NCBI GenBank assembly: GCA_951406725.2
Contig: OX597825.1
Span: forward strand, 9,300,001-9,364,000
Direction of reading: 5' to 3'
DNA length: 64,000 nt
DNA from: Octopus vulgaris
Taxonomy: Eukaryota
The position numbers and the translations under genes were made by a program. The notes below the pieces were generated by a model. It did not search any database. It had not been told where the DNA came from and saw only the letters and a list, made by a program, of their open reading frames with translations. Shown one piece after another: positions 26,271 through 41,180 of the stretch (within the stretch, counting starts at the first letter, position 1; the number at the start of each line of letters is the position of its first letter).

Positions 26271-26584
26271 GTGTGGCACGAACTCCGTACGTAAAATACA
26301 AGAAAACAGCAAACTGCTAATCTAGTGAAATGTTTTTTTTTCCGTTTTATGGTCTGTTAAACCACATCTGTTTGCGATGGCCATTCGCCCACACGTTTTT
26401 CAACATTTGAAATGGAAGATGTTCAAACACTTCAATCGCTTCTAGTTAATTAGTCAGATAAATGCGGAATTATTTACAAACAAACCATGTGCATCTTTAG
26501 GCTACGTGCTCAACTATAATTTTGCTGTTTAATGTGAATACATTTGTTTATTAATTAAGCTCTATGTCGTTTATTTAGCTCTAT

Positions 26585-26937
26585 GTCGGAGGGCAGAAGA
26601 AGCGCTTCAAGAACAGTCTCAAAGTCACTCTCAAAGACTTCTCCATCGGCACAGAGACTTGGGAGACACTTGCTACCGACCGCTCATCCTGGCGCAGCGC
26701 AATCACCACAGGAGCAAAGACGGCCGAGGAGAGACGGATTCAGTCAGCAAAACAGAAACGCCAGATGCGGAAAGCCAGAGCCACCTGCACCAATAGCACA
26801 GCCCCTACCCACTTCTGCTCCACCTGTGGGAGAGGCTTTCTTGCCCGGATTGGCCTCACCAGCCACCCCCGGTCTCATAGCAGCAATTCCACCAAATGAT
26901 GTCAATGGTCATCTTCGAACCCGAAGGACGGACATTA
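26585..26937 (+). mobile_element. Young 5'-truncated RTE-clade LINE (C-terminus with C2H2-like finger plus short 3' UTR)
   Basis: Open frame 26585-26899: VGGQKKRFKNSLKVTLKDFSIGTETWETLATDRSSWRSAITTGA...HFCSTCGRGFLARIGLTSHPRSH...*; GC-rich relative to the flanks; TSD ATGTCGTTTATT at 26564-26575 and 26938-26949. Confidence 0.92.
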
Positions 26938-27699
26938 ATGTCGTTTATTATGTTCTTTAGTGTAAAGAGCGACTTTTCAATTGATTCTTGCAGCAAACTA
27001 TCAATGTTGTCAACGTATAATTTAAACACATTCGGGTTGACTGTGGGGAAAATTAGTTCTCTGGTCCGTAGACTATGACAAGGGGCTTGATGACAACGGA
27101 GAGATTTCAGCATCTCGCTAGATAAAACCAGCTTAGAACTAGTGTGTATTATTACCACACCGATTTGATATCGATACTGCGTATATCTTCATAGATACAA
27201 ATAAGAGAAACGGACTCAGAGGCAATGGAATGAACAAAATGTAGGAGATGCTAATGAGACAGCGTTCTTGACCGGCAGCGATGAGTAATTGCAAGGAACT
27301 GTTGATGTTGTAAAAGAGCAAGATTACAGAGAAAAAAACTCTAAATATTATAGGTGAAACGACAAAGACAATTGTTATTAAGAATCAGAACGAAAGGAAG
27401 TAAATATGAAGGTAGATTGAGAAGGGAAGTTAGATGAACAGAAGAAAAATGAAAATGATTAATGAAAAGACAATTAATAAACTAGAAGGTCGCTGTGTAG
27501 AAGTTTGCTCAAAGAATAAATAAAGCTAAAACAACACTTATAAAAACGGAAAAGATATTCATTTTAAAGGACATAATTCTACGCATCTAAAATTGGGGTT
27601 AGTAAACTTATATTAGGCAAGTTTTTTTCTAAACGAGTAGACATTTGGACAACATACACACGTATGAAGAAAAGGATGATTATAGTGGATCTGACATAG

Positions 27700-28025
27700 A
27701 TTGGGCAGGTGAGCTGAAGTGATAAGGTAATAACAAATGCTGCAGTAATAGAAAAGCTGGAAGTCCATCGACACCTACTGTGGAAAATGAAGTCCACAAA
27801 GCTATCAAAATTTTGACATACATTTCACCACGCGACACTGCTGAAGGCCATCGTAACTTAAAGCGGCGAGCGGAAGAAAGCATGAGACTGTCAAAGACAT
27901 TTGTGGACAGACGACATTAAAGAATGGACTGGAAACGAGAGCTTAGATGACTGCATGCCTGGGCTCTACAAAAGTGGCACTGAAGTGTCTTGGGAAGCCA
28001 ACTTCTGAAAATAGAGCGGGTACCT
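27700..28025 (+). mobile_element. Old RTE-type LINE 3' remnant
   Basis: Decayed frame VS*SDKVITNAAVIEKL...KMKSTKLSKF*H..HATLLKAI...QRHLWTDDIKEWTG (WTDDIKEWTG at 27904-27933). Confidence 0.65.
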
Positions 28026-28598
28026 GGCTGATGGTTTAAGTTGCATAAAATGTATATTTTTTTAACAGAATTTTGCAGAGTTCCGTTTACGAAATTGTTT
28101 GTTACGATCATGCCGATAGAACTTCTAGAAAAATTCGGCTAGGCATCGATTGTCCAAGGTCCAATTTGGATCTTCATAACCCTTTTTTGAAACTAATAAT
28201 TTCGAATTAAATTTTTACAGAGTTAAGTTTGTAGCGGCTACTTGAAGGTTCCAACAAAAACTTGTTCTTAAATTTTATGAAAATAATTATAATCTACATC
28301 CTGAAAACGTTACGATGAAAGCCTTATCGGTAAGTGGTGGCACCAAAGTATAGTTATGGCAACAAGCTATGGAAACAATACATCAGAATGATCGATGTTA
28401 CTATACTCGGGAAATTAGTCTGTCTTTACGCTGAAAAACATATGCTTTAAAGAAATCTTCCTCTAATTAACATAACTATTAACTGCCCCATAAGGACGCT
28501 TAGAATATTTTCAATCCGCACCAGTCCCGCTTGATTGACACCGTTCCAATTGAATTATGGAACATATATCGAGTAAATTAGTGACAAAAATACAATAG

Positions 28599-28996
28599 CA
28601 GTGGCTGTGTGGTAAGTAGCTTGCTTACGAATCACATGGCTCTGGGTTCAGTCCCACTGCGTGGCACCTTGGGTAAGTGTCTTCTACTAAAGCCTTGGGC
28701 CGACCAAAGCCTTGTGAGTTGATTTGGTAGAAGGAAACTGAAAGAAGCCCGCCGTATATATGTATATATGTATGCCTGTGTATGTGTTTGTGTGTGTGTG
28801 TTTGTCCCCCGGCATTGCTTGACAACCGATGCTGGTGTGTTTACGTCCCCGTAACTTAGCGGTTCGGCAAAAGAGAACGATAGAATAAGTACTAGGCTCA
28901 CAAAGAATAAGTCCTGGGGTCGCTTTGCTCGACTAAAGGCGGTGCTCCATCATGGCCGCAGTCAAATGACTGAAACAAGTAGAAGAGTAAAAGAGT
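28599..28996 (+). mobile_element. SINE family B
   Basis: Collinear with 12940-13350. Confidence 0.93.
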
Positions 28997-30130
28997 AATA
29001 GAGAATATGTTACTCAACCATTCAAATCTGAACAATAAGGCTAAGAAAATGTTTAATAAATAGAATTCAAGTATAACACTAATACAGGGAATAGTCACTA
29101 ATAACAACTAACCGATAAAAGGGGATAACGGACTGCAATGTGTTCCAATGCAGGGATTAGTTATAACCAATATATTTTATTTTGCTTTTCACTCCCTGAG
29201 AATGTGATGCATTTTTTGATGATGGAGAATGCACATTCAAACCTAATGTGCCCAGAGATTATTAAGTGATAATAATTTACTTGTGATCGGTTGAAGTTTC
29301 CTTTATAAGGACTGAAGTATATAGATATCAGCATCGACAATCGCAACGCATATGACGTAAACGTATTTGCATGTTTGGCAGCTTCCTGTTATAGAACAGA
29401 GAAGGAGGACTGTTACTGACCAAAAATATTGCAGACATTCAGATAATTTCCCAGATGTACGATTCCAGCCTAATTGATTTATCTTTCTCTGGTAAATTGG
29501 TTTTGCTTCTGCCTGTCGCTATCATAAACATTTGAGACAGACTGAAAGATTTCAATTTGTAAACTTTTATGCTCCTCTTTCTTATATATTTTTGTATATT
29601 TTCCTTATTTTTATATAACAGTTATTTTCATGATGTATGTTTACTTTCGTATGATATAACTTCGCTTCTTTTTATAGATTAAAATTACAATGTCCTTTTT
29701 TACGAGGTTGCACTTCTGACTGGAATTTATAATTCTTTAAAATAAGAGTTTGAAGGGTGAAGAGTATTTATGAGAATGATTGAAATTCGAGAACGTTTAT
29801 TTATTTATTTACTTATTTGTGAAGGCGAAGAAACATTTGGGAGAATAGGAGAGTCGATTACAATTCAAGCTAAAGAATATATAAGCAATTACATCTCTTT
29901 GAATACTTTGGGTGAATGAGTTTCGCTTTTGAATTGCAAGCACGACACATTTGAGCCAGGACATATAAGTTAAAATGTTACACACATCATTTAAAATATA
30001 ATCTTTAATTACTAAGAAATGCCTCTTCCAATTTAGCATAGCGATTATATTTGAGTCAATTTGAGTTTTTAATGAGATGCGTGTTAAATAAGTCACCCTG
30101 TTACTGGGCTAAATGTTAATACAAATATCC

Positions 30131-30474
30131 GGGACCCCCTTCGGTCACGACACTGACCATGGGATTGCACCTAGAAAGTTACCCTCCTAGTCACAAGTCT
30201 GGGCATGGTTGGTTTCTTATGGAAGACCAGCAGTCGCCCATGCATACAGGCCTCCCCTCTCCACGCCACCAGTGTTATCCAAGGGAAAGGCAAAGGGGCC
30301 GATACAGCTTGGCACCAGTGACGTCGCAACTCATTTCTACAGCTGAGTGAACTGGAGCAACGTGAAATAAAGTGTCTTGCTCAAGAGCACAACACGCAGC
30401 CCGGTCCGGGATTCGAGCTCACAACCTCACGATCGTAAGCTCGACGCTCTAACCACTGAGACATCCGCCTTCAC
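30131..30474 (-). mobile_element. SINE family D (head and CORE-like block shared with family C, different tail)
   Basis: Minus strand GTGAAGGCGGATGTCTCAGTGGTTAGAGCG...GCTCGAATCCC...TCTTGAGCAAGACACTTTATTTCACGTTGCTCCAG...ATGGTCAGTGTCGTGACCGAAGGGGGTCC; homologous to 52046-52360. Confidence 0.92.
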
Positions 30475-30649
30475 ATAGCCATAATTTGAGTTCCCTTTTT
30501 CGTGTTTGCATTGCCAAACACACACACACACACACACATACACACACACACGCACACACACACACACACACACACTCATATATTGTTTACAACAGGTTAA
30601 TCTGCTCTATATGACTTTAAGTTTCGAAGACCTCTAATATATGTTCTTC

Positions 30650-31990
<1,341 letters not shown>

Positions 31991-32395
31991 AAACCGACTT
32001 TACATGTGTGTATATGTATTTAAATGTGTAGGTACATGCCTCTGTTTCTGCCCATATGTATGGAGGATGTATGCGTATACACGCAAATATTCATATATAC
32101 GTTATTACACACAAACATAAATTTATCTTGTAAGCAAATGCAAAATGGAAAATCTATTTTCCTATATTAACAATACATAATTGAAAAGAGGCATTACACA
32201 AAATAATTGCAAAGAGAAACTCATCGTAGCATTATTTTCAAGAGATTTAATAGGGAAAGTAATTTTAAAATGTCAAAATTAGTTTAACAATAATATATAT
32301 ATATAAACATATGCACATATATACACACACATATATATATATATATATAAATATCAGAGTATATATATATATATATATATGTGTGGGGGGGTGTA

Positions 32396-32432
<37 letters not shown>

Positions 32433-32639
32433 TACATACATACATACATACATACATACATACGATGATATAAATATATGTAAACAATATGTAAACGATA
32501 TGTGTTTATATATATATATATATGATTGTTCATGTGTGTATCTTTGTGTGTGATTATTTGTGTGTATGTGTGTGTGTGTGTGTGTTTATGAGAGTATGTA
32601 TATCGGAAATACACTTTGAACAATATATATATATATATA

Positions 32640-32783
32640 TTGTTGAAACTTAGAGAAAAACAAAAACGAAGACATGTGTATGAACAACAAGCAGGTATAT
32701 TAGCTTGACGGTCGGGCAAGTGAGAAAGCGTTTCATGCTTCGAGCCTACGCGCTTCGTCAGAAATGAATAAGAATAAATAAAC

Positions 32784-32785
<2 letters not shown>
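32640..32785 (-). mobile_element. Penelope-type pseudo-LTR fragment with degenerate minimal hammerhead
   Basis: Minus strand 32764-32731 TTT-CTGACGA-AGCGCGTAGGCTC-GAAG-CATG-AAA; lies between (TA)n and (GA)n; related to 62570-62785. Confidence 0.55.
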
Positions 32786-32833
<48 letters not shown>

Positions 32834-32892
32834 GGATTTAGCCATTAAGCATGGCGAATATACTTATATATATGTGTGTATATATATATATA

Positions 32893-33042
32893 TGTATACG
32901 ACGAGATTCTTTGAGTTTCCGTCTACCAAATCCACTCACAAAGCTTTGTTAGGCCCGAAGCTAAACTAGAAGACAGACATCTGTCCAAGTTGCCACAAAT
33001 TTGACTGAAAATGAAGCTATGCGACAAGGAAACAAACTTCTT
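32893..33042 (-). mobile_element. SINE family B, degraded 5' half
   Basis: GTTTCCGTCTACCAAATCCACTCACAAAGCTTTG. Confidence 0.75.
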
Positions 33043-34347
33043 GTAAAGGCGCCGTTTTATCTCACTGAGCATATTAGGCAGCTCCTGTTAGAGACTTTCC
33101 TTTACGAACAATCTCTCCAAGAGGGAGAGAGAAAAAGAAAGGGAAAGAGGAGTGGTAGGAGGGAGAGGAACAAAGTATGGGAGGGGAAGGGAAAAAAATA
33201 AGAAATATAAGTACAAGCATGGTTCCTGTATTTAGTGTGGTTCTGTTACCACCAGCTAGGAGATTATGTTTACTAAGCAAGAAGAATATCTTTTAGACTT
33301 GGAAACCTTAATTTCTGCCTGGAAATTCTTAGAGAGTCTTTCAGTAAATACGACTGCGTATTTTTAAACACATTACGGAATGAGCAAATGTTGATCCTTA
33401 AGTATATTTTCTGTTAGGTTTATGCATATTGCATAAAATAAATCTAGAATATTTGCATTTTCAATTTTGCAAGCAAGAAATCAATTATTTCTCCAAATTA
33501 GCATTGTTAAATGACTTTTATTACGTTTGCATTTCTCTACTAAAACAGGAATACTTGCGGTAATTTCAAAGAATTTATTTCAATTTAAGTTCATTATCAT
33601 TTTGTTATCGTAGATGATTATTATCAATAAAATAAGATAAAATAGGATATTCTACGTATATCGTATAAAAGCAGGCTTAATTAATAATATTGAATTAAAG
33701 CTAATGTATTCCTCTAAGGAAGCGAAATCTACCGCTACCTCGTTTATGACAGAACCCGATACTGTCCTAATCCACCAGAAACAATAACTGTCCAAGATAA
33801 TCTATAAAGCTTAAAACTGGACTTTATTCTTTCCTGAACAGCAAACAAAAATTCTGTAAGCTTCCAGAAATCTTTGAATGGATTTAATCCACAGTAAATA
33901 GAAATATCCGACAACCTGACATATATCATCTCACGAATTGTTTCAAGAGTTTCCGTATATGTGAGATTAGTATTTTATATCAGATGTTCCTACATTTAAC
34001 AATATCACGGATGTAAAAGTGCTGACCCTTTCGAATTATTATGATTAAACTGTTGCTTTGGAAACAAAACACACTTACAACAATACTATCAAAGACATGT
34101 CATTCTAATGAAAGGTATTGCACTCGAAAGGGATCTTGTGAAAGTGAGATTTTTGTCTGAGACTGTTACAAGATTGAATTACCTATAACTCGACAGAAAT
34201 GTCAAAAATATTAAATTTTTCTTTACAACCTAAAGCAAAGCTTATGCTGTGTTTTATTTTGAGGAGTTCTTCAGTAAATAAATATTTTTTGCGTAAACTA
34301 GCGTTGCAAATAGAAATGGCATGAAAGAAATTGTAACATATAAAGAC

Positions 34348-34493
34348 GTTCCATCTACCAAATTCACTCACATGGCTTTGGTCGGACCGTGTCTATATTA
34401 GAATATACCTGCCCAAGGTGCCACGCAGTGGGACTGAACCTGGAACTATGTGTCTGGGAAGCAATCTTCTTACCACAGAGCTACGCTTGTACC
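34348..34493 (-). mobile_element. SINE family B, 5' half
   Basis: GCCCAAGGTGCCACGCAGTGGGACTGAACCTGGAAC. Confidence 0.82.
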
Positions 34494-35339
34494 TATCTTG
34501 AAAATATTTTTTTTTTACTTTGTGACTCATGTTATGTTGAAACCAATGCAGTTGGGAATAACTCAACCGATCTGCCACAAAAACGAAGTCCAACATCTCT
34601 CTATATATGAATATTCGTATGTATGTTTGCATGCATTTATGCATATATATCTATTTATGTATGTTTGTATCGTACAATGATGCTAGAGGTGCATTGTCAT
34701 CATTCTCATATACACTGAGTAATATAGCCACACAAGCCGAAGAAAGCTCTAGAATTGGAGACAAGTTACAATTTATTTTGATTTCTTCAGCAGTTCTCAG
34801 TAAAATAATGCTTCTTCGTAGGCATTCGACCTTTCTACATGGAATTAATAGTCTATATAATGTTATATATTGAACTTCTATCTCAGGCACTCAAGAACGA
34901 AGTCACACATAGGAACATACATGCACACGTAGGAACATACATGTGCAGATACAGAAATATACATATACACTCATACACAGACATACACTCACATATAGAT
35001 AGTTAGATAGTCATTAATTCGAAGTAAAAATGAAGGTCCATCACGTATTCTACTAATCATAATTGGGAAGGGCCTCTGTTACACGATTTCACGCGGTGAA
35101 AAACGGTAGGAAGGAACTGTGAGTAGTGACAGAGGTAGGAGAATAATTTTTTCCTGATTGAATTACTCGTACAAACTAATTTTATCTCGTTTATTTAAAT
35201 GCATGCATAAAAAAGTATTTCCGCGCACACATGGGAATATAAAATATTGGCAAAAATATTCATACATGCAAACAGACAAAAACATACTCACACACAAACA
35301 CATATGTCTATATATTTATGTGTGTGTGACATGTATATA

Positions 35340-35373
<34 letters not shown>

Positions 35374-35377
<4 letters not shown>

Positions 35378-35548
35378 GTTATAAAAAAGAAATTTGAAAA
35401 CGACACTATATAAGATAAATTTTAATTTTTTAGAGATTTTACATGTTTCGGTTCTTCTCGAAAAAATGAAACTTAACTTTCTAAACAAATTTTGATAAGG
35501 TTCATTTTTTCAAGAAGAACCGAAACATGTAAAATCTCGAAGAAAATT
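35374..35548 (+). mobile_element. Fold-back element in (TA)n with degenerate minimal hammerhead
   Basis: Arms about 35424-35477 and 35492-35548; right arm TTGATAA-GGTTC-loop-GAACC-GAAA-CATG-TA. Confidence 0.65.
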
Positions 35549-35679
35549 ATATATATATATTATTCATATTATTGTGTGTGTGCGTGTGTGTATGTATGCG
35601 TGCATGTATGGTGTATTTATAAAATAATTTATGTATTTAACACGTTCTTATCGGTAATAGTACATATTGGACCACAGTC

Positions 35680-35745
<66 letters not shown>

Positions 35746-37389
35746 CTGCCAAAACCTTGTCTCCCTATACAGCTTACATACTGATTATAACAAAATGGGA
35801 TGCGGATAATAGCCTCAACTATTTCTACGTGTCCACCTCAGTGTTGAATTCTTCCTACTTCTAAAACTCTCCTATGTTTAATATTACTTGTACATTCTCT
35901 CCTATCTAATAATGATTTGTCTTTCATTGAAATGTTACCATAAAACGTAGGTCTAATCAGAATAATAAAACAATTTGTGGCTAAAATTTCCGTGACTAGA
36001 AACGGTTCCATTAAATCTATTCATTCTGATATAATACCGTAAGAAGACTTCAATTGAGATATCGACACACGTATTATGTAATAATACATTACGATACCAG
36101 CGAGGATTCGAAAATATATTCTAAAGAGTTATTCTGCTATAAACCTAAAATGGCATCCATATTCATAGTTTTATACGTCATTGTAAAGTAGTGTGTTATA
36201 TCACTCTCATGATTGCATTAGTTCTTTTCCACAGTTACTCTGCGATAACAAAGAAGGACTGTGTTCGCTCTTGGGAGGTAGTGTACATATTTGCACAGTA
36301 ATATATTTACGATAGTATCAATGATTTGATTCAACATCTTTCTATAACACTAAAAGGGCACTCGGCATTTATAGGAATGATTTACGACATGTTACTAAGT
36401 GTTCCAATAATACTTAGAAATAGATAATACTCCAGTTGAATGAAGCAATTAGTGTCTTAAAACCATAAAAAAGCAACGAATAAAACATGTCATTATCAAA
36501 CGAACATAAATACGCACACCATTACACGTACGCCCAATAATACGCACACCATAACACGTACACTAATACATACACATGTGCACATGTATAGAAGCATACA
36601 TGTATACCTGCAGTATATACAAAAGACATGAAAAATACAAACTGAAGTAAACTCAACGTTTTAAGGTAAAAAAAAAAGGTAAATAAAATAATCGAAAAAT
36701 CCGTAAGAAACTATTATTCATGCAAAGCCAAGCGAAAACGCACAAAACACAAAGGGAAATTTATAACAAAAACAAACGATTCAATAAAATCGAAACCAAG
36801 AAATAAACTTGAGCAATTTATTCCATTAAAGCATTGATAAAGTGGTTGGAGAAAGAAACCGAGGTGACTTTAGAATCCTTGTGGTTTGAAACGCAGCTGT
36901 TTGAGATTTTAAATAAAAAATTCTATTAATGTGTTGCGTTTATTATCATTTCTTTTATTAGTATTAGTACTAGTATTAGTATTATCACTAGTATTATTAC
37001 TATTTATTAAATACTCATTATTCTGTTGTTGTTTTTTTATTTATTGTAATATCATTACTATATTGATTAAACTTATTACTACCGTAAAAGTTTTAGTACT
37101 ATTATAAAACTGTTATTAGTACTGTTTGTTTTTGTTACTGTTGTTTTTGATGACGATGACGATGATGATGATGGTGTTGTCTTTTTGTTTTTGTTGTTGC
37201 TACTATCATTTATTTGATTTGGAACTTTGGATTTTTCGGAAATCTACAGCTCTTAACGTCAAACATGTAATGGTTGTGTTGGAGAAAAAGTGACAATTTC
37301 CTTCCAATTAAAATGTTGAAGAAAACAAACATACAAGTACATCTCCTCCGTTATTGCTATTGATTTCCTTAGTTGATAGTCTGTCTTTA

Positions 37390-37498
37390 TGCATGTATGT
37401 ACGTATGTATGAATGTATGTATGTATGTATGTATGTATGTATGTATGTATGTATTCATTATGTATGTATCTGTGTATGTATATGTCTATATTTACTTC

Positions 37499-37531
<33 letters not shown>

Positions 37532-37536
37532 CTATA

Positions 37537-37572
<36 letters not shown>

Positions 37573-37665
37573 TGTATATATATATAATTCTACACGCACG
37601 CAAACTCACATATATATATGTGTATGTATGTATATATATATATAATTCTACACGCACACACACTC

Positions 37666-37698
<33 letters not shown>

Positions 37699-37705
37699 TA
37701 TATGA
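37390..37705. repeat. Compound (TATG)n/(TA)n region with a local 58-bp-period duplication
   Basis: ATAATTCTACACGCAC at 37584 and 37642. Confidence 0.9.
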
Positions 37706-38429
37706 ATACAGACACAAACACGCAAGAGGTATATAGAGGCACATACACGAATGAATAATATAAATCAAAAAATAATGTCATAGTTAAGACAACTGTTTCA
37801 AAAGTGATGTTTGAAAAAGGTATTAAAAGAAAAAGTAACTTTCACATAGAGTACACGAATATTAGCACCAATTCAAACCAGAACACACGTGCATTAACAC
37901 ACGCATAGCAGAAACGCGCGGGCTCCCACGCCATTACTTACAGACAGACACGCACAGTAACATACCGGTATTTTTGTGTGTATATCCATGTATATATATA
38001 TATATATATGTATATATATTAAATGTATGTATACATTCATGTGTGTGTATTATATTGGTATTATCAATGTATGTGCGTAGGCAATGTAAGTGCTTATGAG
38101 GACTAAAATGGAAATAAATGTCTTAAAATTCTTAAATAAAAACGAGCCAAAATGTGAAAGAAAAACCAAATGCTAAATCAAGTTGAAATTTAAATTAAAT
38201 AGACAGCTTTATCTATGAGAGTCATCACTTAATTGATTATAGTCTGTTGTTCTTCCATATATATCCGAGATAGATATAAATGTGTGCGTGTGTTTGTGTT
38301 TTAGTGTTTCGCTTATTGACTGGTAGTTTGTGTGAAATTTAAGATCAGAGTGCTTGCATCGACACAGATTGGTATAAACGTATATACTTACAAGTACACA
38401 CACTCACACATATACAAACACACAGACAC

Positions 38430-38830
<401 letters not shown>

Positions 38831-39835
38831 GCTCGCGTGTACGTTGGTATGTATGTTCGCTGGTCTGTATTTTTGTTTTTGTAATTTTATTATATGAAAT
38901 ATTGTGTATTTGGGTGTGTAAATCACAGTTAAGCATCCAATCACTTACACATGAAAATACTTCATCACCCAAACGTAGATTATGAACGAATGTGTATGCG
39001 TTGATTAATATATACAGATACCTACATAGATAAGTATGTACATAATTATATATATGTGTGGCACTGTTTGTGCGTGTGTGTCTATGCATGTCTACATACA
39101 CTCACACATACATACACACTCGCACATACATACACACTCACACGCACATATTATATTGACATACACGTGTGTATATGTATTTCTATGTGTAAGTATGTAC
39201 CTGTGAGTACATTACTAATAGGTCTGTACCACATGAAGTATATTGAAATAATTACATAGGTATATGTTTATTTCATATGTATTTTAATATATATTTATTA
39301 TATATATTTAATGATATGTCTGTTTGTCAGATGAAGTGTATTGAAGTAATTTACATATGATCGAGAAGAAAAGTGTGTATGTATGTGTAGGTATATATTT
39401 TTATATATGTAAGCTGAAATACAGAGGTTTTATATACACATATGTGTGTGTGATTGTGAATTGATAGACAAGTGCATGTATGTATATACATATATATACA
39501 TACACACGCATACCGAAAGAAACGTATGTATGCCTGCATAAAGACATGGATGAATGCACAATAAATACACGCCATTAACGGTCCTTTCTTTCCTTTCGGA
39601 CGATATCCTTTCGCAGTAGATGCAACGTTTATTGTATTCACTAGTGGCTAGTTTCGATTTAAAAAGAAAACAAAAACCTTGCTTTCCGACTGGGCAGAAA
39701 TATCCCTGTTAAAGGTAGTTGTTATGTGCCATGTCTAACTGATGGAAATTGTATGTATACCCACTTTCTCTGTACGTTTATATATATAAAAACACACACA
39801 GATATATACATGCATGTGTGTATATATGTATGTAT

Positions 39836-39899
<64 letters not shown>

Positions 39900-39900
<1 letters not shown>

Positions 39901-40046
39901 AATCTAAAGCGCAATTATGTATAGGTGAATATCACAGATCCATATACTCATTTTAAGTATCCTTAAAGGTTTGTATGAGTGAATGAATATATATATATAT
40001 ATGTACATCTGTGATATTCGCCTATACATAATTGCGCTTTAGATTT
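39900..40046. repeat. 40-bp inverted repeat next to (TA)n
   Basis: AAATCTAAAGCGCAATTATGTATAGGTGAATATCACAGAT (39900-39939) versus 40007-40046, one mismatch. Confidence 0.9.
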
Positions 40047-40094
40047 TTATGATTTAAAACATATTTACTATGTAGTTACGTTTATATACCCAAG

Positions 40095-40133
<39 letters not shown>

Positions 40134-41029
40134 CTCTCTTATAAATACACTTATAAATACACGTATATATATATAGACATATGTGTATTTCTACACTTAC
40201 ACATATTACTCATACACTCACACTCCTATATATATTAATGTGTATTTATGGTATATATGGATGCAGAATTATATACGTTACTCAGTTCATAAAAGAACTG
40301 GTGCGTATACGCATACATCATTACACATTGCGCGTGAATGTGTGTTTGTATGTATGTCTGGTGTGTAAATTTTAATAAACGTTTCCTAACTATAATTTGA
40401 CGTGTCTAATGTGTGTAGGCTGTATTCGGGGTTTTTTTTTCTTGTTGTTGCTTTTAGTTAAACTAAGCATTCTTAATTGTTAAGAGGTTTTCATTTTAAG
40501 TTATTTCTTTTAATTGAATGGAGATCAGAGGGAATTAAAGTAAAAATTGTTAGAATAGACAGATTTAATTGAACAATGAAGGATGGACGAAATGTAGTCA
40601 GCTGTAGTTCATTAAGTTTTCGTTTACAAACAACAGCTTTTCCATGAACTACAAAAACAAAATCAGAGTCAGAACAAACTATCGATGTGAAAACAATTTA
40701 AGCGGCGACAAGAAATATATCAAAATGCTTTCAGTCAAGTGTTATGATTAAAATAATGTAACAGACCATGGAATAAATGGATATATTCTACATAACAATC
40801 TATATATTAAATTGAAAATAAATTTGGGGTAATAACATATTCAGAGAACATACGGGAGCGAAATGCGAAGTATCGCGATCTCGACCAAATTGTTTTAGAA
40901 CTAAGCTAAATGTATTTTGTTATGAAGAATTAATATCATACTTTTGACGTCAAGTTTATTATCGCGTTATCTTTGAAAATAGATGGCGTTTAAACTTGTA
41001 CATACATTTCCTTTTTGTATATGCATAGA

Positions 41030-41180
<151 letters not shown>

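Noticed and set aside
26583-26960. 125-aa Pro/Ala-rich ORF
   Set aside because: Alternative frame of the RTE fragment; the meaningful frame starts at 26585.
26950-27300. FKLYVDNI and CHQAPCHSL, loosely like L1/Tx1 RT motifs (minus strand)
   Set aside because: Too degenerate to support a call.
36509-36568. Short tandem duplications (also 34905-34945 and 39230-39360)
   Set aside because: Ordinary local slippage in low-complexity DNA.
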